From NCBI RefSeq assembly GCF_006345805.1, contig NC_043013.1, positions 56,234,001-56,298,000 on the forward strand: a stretch of 64,000 nucleotides of DNA, written 5' to 3'. This document shows positions 37,330 to 48,595 of the stretch, in pieces (positions within the stretch are counted from its first letter, which is position 1; each line of letters starts with the position of its first letter). The notes under the pieces were generated by a model. It was not told the origin of the DNA. It searched no databases and saw nothing but the letters and a program-made list of their open reading frames with translations. The stretch is from Octopus sinensis. Lineage: Eukaryota. Both the position numbers and the translations under genes were made by a program.

Positions 37330-38670
37330 TGTGAATTTAATGCAGTAGATCAAATTTCTGCTTTTGCAGTTCATATCTTGAAGACATCACCCAGATCACT
37401 GATGGTGGCTCATGGATGGATGTTGTTTGTCTTGACTTTGCTAAAGCTTTTAATTCTGTGCCACACAAAATACTTATGCCAAAACTTTCTGCAATCAGTG
37501 TAAAAGATGATCTTTTTAACTCGTTGGAGTCCTTCATTCTCAGCTGAAAAGAAGTAGCCATGGTTCTAGGACAGCATTCTTCACCCTAAGAGATGACATT
37601 TGGTGTACAGCAGGGATCTGTTCTTGGTCCCCTTTTATTTGTTGCATGCATTAATGACTAGATAGCAACTTGAGGAATGCTACAGTGCTGAAATATGCAG
37701 ATGACATCAAACTGTACCTTGAAATATAAAGGGCAGATCCTCAACACTATAGATCTTTCCTGCAATCGGACCTGGAAACAATGCAACAATTGATCACAGG
37801 CTGGCAACTCAAGCTGGCTGTGGACAAGTGTTCCACCATTCATTTTAGGAGGAAAACCCCAGCATTCACATACTCTCTTCACAACACTAAAATCAAGAAG
37901 TCTTCTTGTGAACATGACTTAGGTTTATTGTCATCAGCGATTTTCACTGGACAAAGCACATCTCAAAAATTGTCAAGAAGGCATCACTCAGCAAGGCCTT
38001 TGTCAGTCACTCTCCAGTTATCTATTTAAGGCTGTATATAACTATGGTGTGGCCACACTTGGAATTTCAACACCAGTCTGGAACCCCTGTCTTGCTCAAA
38101 ACATTGACCTCCTAGAAATTGTTCAGAGATGTGCAACCAAGTGAATCCCCTCCATCACGCATCTACCAAACTCTGAATGCCTTGCTTCCCTGGGCATGGA
38201 TACATTGAAATTTTGATGTCTGGCAACTGATTTGGTAAACACCCACAAAATTATTAACCATCATGCCAACAACAACCTTGAGCACCTTTTTGAGAATTCG
38301 AAAAGGAGCTTGAGGTTGTTGTTGACACGATGTGTCTAACACTTGTGGGCATGCCTACGAAGTCAGGAAACAGCACAGCTCCCATGACTTTCAGAAATAT
38401 TTTTTCACACTCAGAGTTGTTGAAACATGGAACAAACTAACTGCATCAGTTGTTAGCTGCTGAGACATTGCATCCTTTAAAACCTCCCTGCTTCATGAAA
38501 TTCGCCAACACTACACCTAATATCCCCACCTTCATATGCATGCACACACACATATATCATGACTCATACACTGTTCACTTTCCTGACTTTTGTACATAAG
38601 TACTGTACATACACCTTTGATAAGTTGTTGTGCACCTGAGCTCTATACACAATAATTTCATTATCATTAT
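37330..38670 (+). mobile_element. CR1-clade LINE, RT and 3' end, pseudogenised
   Basis: LDFAKAFNSVPH, GVQQGSVLGPLLF, KYADDIK (TATGCAGATGAC at 37694-37705), HLEF...WNP, VQRCATK and FFTLRVVETWNKL motifs with stops and frameshifts. Confidence 0.85.
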
Positions 38671-39292
38671 CATCATAAGCCAAATAGCCATTTAGTTAAA
38701 TATGTATAAAAATAACAGCAACAAGCAAAACCAAGAAACTCACAACTTCTTTGTCAGACGTAAATGAAAAATAATTTTTCCAGAATATATTCAAAATTAA
38801 AACAAAAGTGAAAAGAACATCTTATAAACTTTCTTTTTGCACCTGACATTGTTACAAGAGATTTTAAGGTAAACTTCCATTGGGAAACAAAATATCAAAA
38901 AATAAAAGTTAATTACTAAAGGTCTTTACATTAACGAGTGGCTGGCTTAACATACAATGTAATAAAGTTATTAATTATTGATGGTATTTTTGAATTTATT
39001 TTCTCTTTGGTAAAAGTTGTCTGGTGCTGACTATAGATTTTAGCAACCATTGCTCATTGATTTCACCTATATAATAAGTAATTAACACTTTAATTAACAC
39101 TTAATGAAGAACATGAAATTAATGAGTTAACATTATCATGTAATCAGACGGCTTTTAATTTGTAAAATATGTAACACATGTATATATACATACTTATTAT
39201 GTGTGTGTGTGCTGAAAAGAGAGAGAGAGAGAGAAAGAAAGACAGTGTGAGAGAACATATGTGTCTATATGTGTATATCAAGTGTGTGTTTA

Positions 39293-40840
39293 TATCATCA
39301 TCATCATCATCATCGTTTAACGTCCGTTCTCCATGCTAGCATGGGTCGGACGGTTCGATCGGGGATCTGGGAAGCCAGAAGGCTGCACCAGGCTCCGGTC
39401 TTATCTGGCAATGTTTCTACAGCTGGATGCCCTTCCTAACGCCAACCACTCCGTGAGTGTAGTGGGTGCTTTTTACGTGCCACCTGCACTGGTGCCAGGC
39501 GAGGCTGGCATCGGCCACAGTCGGATTGGTGCATTTTACATGCCACCTGCACGGAAGCCAGTCGAGGCGGCACTGGCTTCGGCCACGATTCGGATGGTGC
39601 TTTTTACGTATCTCCAGTCCAGGGGTCCTGGCATCTGCCGGTGCCAGTCATAGGATTGGTTCAATTTCGATTCCGATTTCACTTGCCCCAACAGGTCTTC
39701 GCAAGCAAAGGGGAGTAGGCATAGGTGCCTGTCGTCGGATGAGGTTCGATATCGACTTCGCTTGCCTCAACAGGTCTTTGTGTCCAAGGGAGGAAAGGCA
39801 TGCATAAGTGGGCTGGACTCACTTGTCCTCCTGGTCTTTTCACGCACAGCATATTTCTAAAGGTCTCGGTCGCTGGACATTTCCTCAGTGAGACCTAAAG
39901 TTCGAAGTCGTGCTTCACCACCTCGTCCCAAGTTTCCTGGTCTACCTCTTCCACGGGTTCCCTCCACTGCTATAGGGATTGGCACTTTTTCAAACACCTA
40001 TCTTCATCCATTCTCGCCACATGACCATACCAGCGCAATCGTCTCTCTTGCACACCACACTGATGCTCCTTAGGTCCACATTTCTCCAAACTCGACACTA
40101 ACGCTCTATCGAGCATGCACACTGACATTACACATCCATCGGAGCATACTGGCTTCATTTCTCGCGAGCTTACGCATGTCCTCAGCAGTCACGGCCCATG
40201 TTTCACTGCCATGTAGCATGGCTGTTCGTACACATGCATCATACAGTCTGCCTTTTACTCTGAGCGAGAGGCCTTTAGTCACCAGCGAGGTAAGAGCTCC
40301 CTAAACTTTGCCGGCCTATTCTTACTCTAGTCGTTACACTTTCAGCACACCCCCCCCACTACTGACTTGTCACCAAGATAACGGAAGCTATCACTACTCA
40401 CTTCTAGTTTTTTCCCCTGGAAGTGATGGAAGTTGTTTTCTGCAGATTTTCAGAGGTTAATGCTCCCGAGCATCTGCCACATACAAAAACCACTTCCTAG
40501 TTATGCCCCCCCTATGACATTGTGCACCTCTTATGTGTTTCATAGCTACACTTGTGTGCATATCTTATAGAGTTTCTACTACACCTTTTCTACAGATTGA
40601 GCAGGGCCATCTACCTGAAGGCGTTTGTGATTTGTTTACCTTCCTACTTATTACGACTTTGGTTTTAGCAGATTGACTCTAAGGCCCTTCGCTCCCCTTC
40701 GATTCTCAACCTTGCTTGTCCACACCTGAAACTTCTTCTCCAGTTCTGATAGTGACTCAGCAATTAGAGCAAGGTCATCAGCATAGAGGAGCTCCCAGGG
40801 GCATCCTGTCTTGAATTCCTCCGTTATTGCCTGGAGGACT
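39293..40840 (-). mobile_element. RTE-clade LINE, 5'-truncated young copy
   Basis: LYADDL, PHD-like Cys cluster, RLRWYGHV and (GAT)n tail; high identity to 50330-51849; CpG-rich. Confidence 0.92.
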
Positions 40841-41618
40841 ATGATAAATATATACATATCTATATATATGTGTCTGTATATATGTGTGTGCATGCATGCA
40901 TGTGTGTGTGTGTATATATAAATATGTATATGCATCTATATATGTATGCATGAGTGTATACATATAATATTGTATATATAAGTGCATATGTGTATATATT
41001 AATATATAATATATATATATTATATATATATATATATAATACATGCATATACATATGTGTATGTAAATGCACAAATGATGGCTATCTTTATTTGTTCCAT
41101 GTCTTCTATGTTTGTTGCTAGTTTAATGGCTTCAATGACCGAGAGTGGCGCTTGTGTTGAACAAGCATTCATCACTAAAAGATCTGAAGTGCAATGCTAT
41201 TTGCACCTCTCCATACTCATCTCATTTTCCTTTCCGTGGCATAAATCAATCCGAAACATAAATACGATATTTCACTGCAGTTATCAAACAATCACACACC
41301 CACAAGATGAGCAGATAAAATCACATCCGTGGTTTCGTCCCTCCTTAGGGCTTATAGAATGTCTGGTATACTTTGGAACATTGATAATCTTTGGTTGCCC
41401 CACACAGCAAATGCTGTGCTTAAGCTGTGGTGTACTACTAGGGGCGCAATTGTCCTAGGGCAATGCTAGCGCACACCCACCAGGGCATGCATGGAGATTG
41501 AACACAGGACTTCATGGTTTCTGATGATAACTTCTTTGATATTTATTCATGCCTGAGTTTTATGAAAAATATATAGTGAATCTATCTCTATCTATTTATA
41601 CCTATGGATATATACATC

Positions 41619-41690
<72 letters not shown>

Positions 41691-42010
41691 TCTATCTATC
41701 TATCTATCTATCTCTGTCTATCTCTCTCTCCTCTTTCTCTCTCTCTTCTCTTTCTCTTCCTTTCTCTTCTTCTCTCTTCTTCTCTCTCTCTCTTCTCTTC
41801 TCTCTTCTCTCTATATTTATATCTATATAATTATATATATATATATGTAAATATATATATATTTATACTATGATAATATACTTATATGTATGTAGCATGC
41901 ATGTATATATAGATATTGTATATACATATGTAAATACACCATATATGCGAGTGTGTGTATATACATATATATGTATATATAGTTTTGTAATATTATATAT
42001 ATATATATAT

Positions 42011-43052
42011 AAATATAACCATTTAGGAAGGCTAGACAGGCCTTCGTCACTAGAAGAGCCATGTCCTAACTCACGTCAACCCCACTAGTGTATTCGAAAT
42101 AGGGGAAAATTTAAAACATTTACCCTAATTCATCTTTATTACGATGCATCGTTTCAGTTCTTTAATGATAGACCCAGCTTAATTAATTAATTAAGCTAGT
42201 CTATCCTAGGTCACACTCATTTCAGTAATAAAAACCTGGAGAGACGGATATATACGAGGCGGACTGTATCAAATGCCATCGGGAATATCTGTCTTAATTT
42301 TCAAGACCACGCATTCGCGCCAAACTTCGGCAATACAATATAAACTTCGATTCAATCTCAGAATTAATCAGAAAATTATCAATTAAAATTTAGGGTAGCA
42401 AAAATTCAGTAAAAAAAATTTATCGTATCCAGCGGCCTAATGGAAAGAGAGATAAATATAACAATTTAGGAATGGCCTAGACAGGCCATTCGTCCACTAG
42501 AAAGCAGCCATAACTCCACCGCCAAGTAGGTAATTCGGAAATAAGGTGAAAATTTAAAAACTTTACCCCTAATTCATCTTTATACATGCATCGTTTCAGT
42601 GTCTTTAATGATAACCAGCTTAATTAAATTAATGTATTCTACCATGTCCACTTCATAGTAAAAGAACCTGGGAGAGACATATACACTTGTATCAATGCCT
42701 CGGGAATATCTGTCTTAAAATTTTCAAGACCAACGCATTCGCGCCAAACTTATCGGCAGCAAAATAAACTGCCGATTCAATCTCAGAATTAGTCAGAAAA
42801 TTATCAATTATCAATTAGGGTAGCAAAAATTCATAAAAATTTATCGCTACCAGCGTCCTAATGGAAAGAGAAAATAGTCAAGACTAAATATTTATAAATA
42901 TAACATTTAGGATGGCCTAGACAGGCCATTCGTCCACTAGAAGAGCAGCCATAACTCCACCGCCAAGTAGTGTATTCGGAAATAGGTGAAATTTAAAACA
43001 TTTACCCTAATTCATCTTTTATACGATGCATCGTTTCATTGTCTTTAATGAT
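42011..43052. repeat. tandem array, about 2.4 copies of a roughly 443-bp unit, followed by an inverted fragment (43054-43096)
   Basis: Units start at about 42011, 42454 and 42896 (AAATATAAC(C/A)ATTTAGG); differences are mostly 1-bp indels. Confidence 0.9.
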
Positions 43053-43619
43053 CAGCGATATAATTTTTACTGATTTTTTGCTACCCTAAATTGATTAATA
43101 TATTTAATATATATTATTATATATAATATATATAACATACATACATACATATATATAGTTATAAATATATACATACATATACATACATATATATTTATAC
43201 ATATAAAGATATGTATGTATACGTCTATGTATATACTGAATATAAAATAAGACTGTAGCAAACAGCTAATAAATAATGAAGTGAAATAGTGTGGGAAAGC
43301 AATAAAATTGAGAAGCAATTTTATACTCAGGAAAAATTTTTACTCAAAATTAGAGAAAAATTGAAATGTGAACAATATTAAATTAGGGAAATGTATATAA
43401 ATAATATAAAAACATTTGAACATTTAAAATGAAATGAATATCATTAAAAATAAATTTTTTAAATTGACAGTTAAAGATAAAAAATAGGAAGTTAGAAAAT
43501 GAAAAGGAAAATATGGAGTGACTTCTGTTTGTTAAAAGTTTGAGTATTAGAAGAGTGTTAAAGGAATGGTGGGTAATTATAAGAGTAATGAACATAATGG
43601 AAGTATATTAAGAATTGTA

Positions 43620-43656
43620 ATAGTGATGATGATGATGATGATGGTATTAGTGGTAG

Positions 43657-43690
<34 letters not shown>

Positions 43691-44067
43691 TGTGGTGGTG
43701 ATGATGATGATAAGAATAATAATTTCAGCAATAACCATAAATGGGTGTTAATAAAGTCACAAAGGAAACAATGATGGAATATGATATGGATAAAGCAACA
43801 ACAACAACAACAATGATCAAAAATAATAATAATAAATAATAATAATGATGAGATGATAATGATAATATAATAATGATGATGATGATGATGATGATGATGA
43901 GATGATAATAATAATAATAAATAATAAATAATAATAATAATAATAACAATAATAATAACAATAATAATACATAATAATAATAATAATATAATAATAATAA
44001 TAATAATGATATATAATGATGATAAAATAATAATGATGATTGATGATGATGAGATGATGATGATAAA

Positions 44068-44099
<32 letters not shown>

Positions 44100-44213
44100 A
44101 AATAATAATATAATAATAATAATAATCATAACAATAACAATAACAATAATAATAATATAATAATAATGATAATAATGATGATAATAATAATGATGATGAT
44201 GATGATGATGATG

Positions 44214-44281
<68 letters not shown>

Positions 44282-44354
44282 GATGATGATGATGATGATA
44301 ATAATAATAATAATAATAATGATAATAATGATGATAATAATAATAATGATGATG

Positions 44355-44388
<34 letters not shown>
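43620..44388. repeat. compound (TAA)n/(TGA)n array
   Basis: Directly visible. Confidence 0.95.
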
Positions 44389-44910
44389 TCTTAACTGATT
44401 GGAAGTGTTATCATGTACATTGTTTTGTCTTGGTATAAAAGATGGGCTACAGCAAATATTCTGCTCAATACCACAGATTTGCTTGTCAGTTGTTTGACCT
44501 TAACCAGTTGAGCATGTCCCTTAGTGGCTGACGATATGTGCATCTCTGATCACGAGCAGAAGTAGTGGGGGAGCATCATAGCCATGTGTTGAGAGGGATT
44601 CTTTGGGGTTTGAATAGTTCACCTCTGGAAACATGGGTGGTTCTTTCAACATCCTTAAACACACCTTTGAGTGGGATGGCTACTCAACCTGAAGAAAATT
44701 CTAACTGGGCCCCACCTGCAGGTCATGTGCTGTTTATCTTGATGTGAGATCACCATGTCGCGCACATATGGTTGTGATGCATGTGCCTGGTGTACCTTTA
44801 TCAGACGGGTAGTCATGATGGGTATATTCGGCTTCGTATATTTTACCCCAGTGTCACTTTGATGGCATGAACTGCTCTCTCACTCAATAATAATAATAAT
44901 AATAATAATA
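44388..44910 (+). mobile_element. interspersed repeat ending in (TAA)n, probably a non-LTR element end
   Basis: About 500 bp of GC-richer non-coding sequence flanked on both sides by (TAA)n; ends CTCTCTCACTCAA(TAA)n. Confidence 0.55.
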
Positions 44911-44924
44911 CATATTACAATATT

Positions 44925-45600
44925 ACAAGTAACTGCAGAATATGTGGAGATGGACAAGAAACAATAAATCATATTATCTCTAGCTGCCCAGTCCTGGCTA
45001 AGAAGGAATATATTCACAGACATGACAGAGTTGGAACCTACATACATTGGAAGCAATGCCAACATTATGGAATAACAACAGAAAAAAGATGGTATAGGCA
45101 CACAACAGAAAAGGTCACAGAAAAGAAAGCAACCATACTCTGGGATATGCCGATACACCACAGATAGAGAAATTAAGGCCAATAGACCAGATATAGTTGT
45201 CAGAGATCATGAAGAAAAAAAATGCTTTCTAATTGATGTATCATACCGGCAGATGACAACGTGTCTCTAAAAGAAATGGAGAAACTCTCAAAATACAAGA
45301 CCTGGAATAGAGGTAACTAGAATGTGGAATCTGAAAACAGAAACAATTCCTATCATAGTAGGTGCAGTAGCATGATAAAAAAATAATTCAGACAAATACA
45401 TAACAAAACACCAGGACTTACAAACACATATAACATACAGAAAATTGCACTACTAGGCACTGCACACATCCTACGCAGAAACACTTTCCATACAATAACC
45501 ATCAGAGCATCACAACAAATCCAGCACATACCCAGGCACACAGAACTGCGCTCGGTAGTGAAGTGAAGCACGCTATAAAAACAAAACTAAAACTACTGAT
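44925..45600 (+). mobile_element. R4/Dong-clade LINE 3' end: CCHC knuckle and RLE endonuclease
   Basis: CRICGDGQETINHIISSC, RHDRVG, ANRPDIVV, FLIDVS, KLSKYKDL and ETIPIIVGA motifs (frameshifted), then a short UTR and (TAA)n. Confidence 0.9.
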
Positions 45601-45693
45601 GATAATAATAATAATAATAATAATATAATTAATGATGATGATGATATGATGATGTGATGATGATGATGATTGATGATGATGATATAATAATAT

Positions 45694-45733
<40 letters not shown>

Positions 45734-45805
45734 GATGATGATGATAATAATAATAATAATAATGATAATAATGATGATAATAATAATAATGATGAGATGA
45801 TGATG

Positions 45806-45839
<34 letters not shown>

Positions 45840-45898
45840 TAATAATAATAATAATAACAATAATAATAATAATAATAATAATGATGACAATAATGATG

Positions 45899-45947
<49 letters not shown>

Positions 45948-46055
45948 TGATGATGATAAATAATAATAAAAATAATAATAATGATAATAATAATAATAAT
46001 AATAATGATAATAATAATAATAATGATAATAATAATAATGATAATAATAATAATA
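45597..46055. repeat. (TAA)n/(TGA)n array
   Basis: Directly visible. Confidence 0.95.
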
Positions 46056-46074
46056 TAGAATAGAATAATTATAA

Positions 46075-46590
46075 TAGTAGAACTAGAATAGAATTGCGAA
46101 ATGGAGAGAGACTGGAAGACTCAGATGATGATGGGTACAAGTACCTTGGGATCCTGCTGCTGGACAATGTCTTGCATACAGAAATGCAAGACAAGGTCAT
46201 CGCTGCATATTTCAAGCGCCTTAAACTTCTCTTGAAATCAAAACTCAACTCAAGGAACTTCGTGACTGCCATCAACATATGGGCAGTTGCTGTAGTCCAC
46301 TATAGTGTACCCTGTCCTGAAAAGGACACGAGCAGAGAATAACCAACTCGATCCGCCTAAGATAAATGTATGTAGGCTCTACATGGCTGATCAGGGTACA
46401 GGAGTGCGTGAACAGTGAAAGAAGAAACATGGCAGAATATTTGGTAAACAGCAAACAAGACCTGCTACAGTCTGTTGCTAATGCAGAAGGTGTTAAGAAA
46501 AATGGACTTGAGAAGAGTGCTCATGAATTCCAAACAAGAACAGCCAATGAGAGAGCAGAAATCCTACTCCACATGGATGCTTTGTATTGT
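46075..46590 (+). mobile_element. R4/Dong-like LINE RT-thumb fragment
   Basis: GYKYLGILL..YFKRLKLLLKSKLNSRNFVTAINIWAVAVVHYS. Confidence 0.8.
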
Positions 46591-46649
46591 TATTATTATT
46601 ATTATCATTATTATTTCTACAAAGAATGTTGCCACAACCAATAAGAAGA

Positions 46650-46990
46650 GTTATCACAGTTGCCTGCTAGGAAAAGTGTGCTTACCATTGCTGTCAAAAA
46701 GCAGCCGCTATTCAAACTTAAAAATAACTGAGGCTTGAAAAAGCACAGAAAATATACCCAATACAATGTGACACTGACCTCTTTGACTTAACCAGGAATG
46801 TAAAATCAGGAATCTCAAAATAGTTTGTGAGTCAAACCTATGTAACAAAATTATAGACATCAGGAATTTTAAATATATCCAGGCATATTCCACACGATCA
46901 AAACCCTCTGAGATGTTTATGTACAACCACTTCATCATAACCAAGCCCCTAACAGGTGCGAATGGCATAACAGAAAACTTCCTCCCTAAC
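46650..46990 (-). mobile_element. CR1/Jockey-like RT relic
   Basis: INISEGFDRV..WLSQRGQCHIVLG..NSG..TLFL resembles LDISKAFDRV..FLS.R.Q.V..G..SGVPQG. Confidence 0.5.
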
Positions 46991-47124
46991 ATTTAAGATC
47001 TTCTCGAACCAAATTGATCTTACAGAGATGATTGTTAATAGCAAAATGCAAGGCTTTCATGAGAATTGGTTGAGAAATGAATGCTTAATACAATTCTATA
47101 TTTGAGAGATTTTGTTGTTATCTA

Positions 47125-47442
47125 CATTATTTACATTATTTACATTTGATGGATATTTGTCCTCATCTTGTTTGTTGTTAAAACAACGTTTTGGCTGATA
47201 TACCCTCCAGCCTTCATCAGGTGTTTTGGGGAAATTTCAAACCCAGGTTCTCATTCCTAAGGTATTTTTCGATGTTGTTGTTATCATTATTATTATACAG
47301 GTCACCTTAGGAATGAGAACTCAGGTTCAAAATTTCCCCAAGACACCTGATGAAGGCTAGAGGATATATCAGCCGAAACATTGTGTTAAGAACAAACAAG
47401 ATGAAGACAAATATCTGTCAAATGTAAATAATGTAAATAATG
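47125..47442. repeat. fold-back (inverted dimer) of the family H element body; arms 47125-47263 and 47304-47442
   Basis: Two 139-bp arms are reverse complements; each carries a decayed hammerhead core. Confidence 0.9.
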
Positions 47443-47898
47443 AATGCATAATAATTGTTTACAGCAAATTGTAGATAATTAGGATTTTGTTTATCTAGGA
47501 GATACCTAAACCAAATGACTGATATTTGAGTGTTATTTCAAAGCAGGGAGCCTTTCTTAAATATAAGAAGGAATTCTATTGAGATTATATTGGCTAAATT
47601 TTCTAATGCCAAATTGAGAGGGGCTTTGGAAATTATCCTTCTGATACTTGAATTTGGAATATGGACAACTAAGTTTGTAATGAGATGTGAAGCTCATAAA
47701 AGCGGTGCTAGTAATCTTCTGCAAAAACATGTCTGGCTATTGTACTGCTAATGTTTAAGAACTTAAGGAGGTAATATCTTACTTGGAAGCAGGTAAATAG
47801 GTGTGGGTTGGATACAAAAAGGTCATCCGACCATGGAAAGTCTAACTTAGCACATTTCACCCATCCCATGCAAGCATGGAAAAGTGGACCCTATAACA

Positions 47899-48175
47899 GT
47901 GATGATGATGATCATGAGAAGAAGGATGACAATAATGATACTGATGGTTATGATGATGATGATGATGATGACGACAATGATGAGGACGAGGAAGAAGATG
48001 AGGAAGATGCTGATGATGAGGATGATAATGGTGATGCTAATGACACTGATGATGAGGATGGCAGTGATGATGATCGTGAGGAGAAGGATGACAATAATGA
48101 TACTGTTGGTTATGTTGGTGATGATGATGATGATGATGATGATGAATGATGATGATGGTGATGGTAGTGGTGATG
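47899..48175. repeat. (GAT)-rich expanded tail with an internal duplication of about 165-bp period
   Basis: AGTGATGATGAT..GAAGGATGACAATAATGATACTG.TGGTTATG occurs at about 47899 and 48063, downstream of an RTE-like GCAAGCATGGAAAAGTGG end. Confidence 0.8.
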
Positions 48176-48595
48176 ATAATTACATTCACTTCTATTACGT
48201 ATATATTACAACAATTATCTCCCCTCCACCCTCTCCCCATCTTCCTGCTACTGAACCTTATCCCAAAATATAAACTTCTGCAAATTTTACCTTTTCATTT
48301 TTTTATTTCTTAACTGTCAAATTTAAATTCTATTTGTAATATTATTTGTTACATATTAAATATTAATAATGAACTTATTTTTATAGTATTTCTCTCTATA
48401 TTTATATTTCTTTCTCATTTCAATTTTTTTCTTTATTTTTATCTAAATTCTTTTCTTCTTTTAATATTCCTTCTCGTTTACTTTATCATTTTCTCCATTT
48501 CTTTGATTTGTGTTATTTATTTGTTCATTGCTATATTGTATTATTATATTATTAGTTCCTCATATGCATTATATATATATATATACACACATACT

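Noticed and set aside
43566-46063. Poly-I/M/N/L ORFs
   Set aside because: Translations of (TAA)n/(TGA)n arrays.
47808-48149. Polyacidic D/E 113-aa ORF
   Set aside because: Expanded (GAT)n retroelement tail; no splice or start context.
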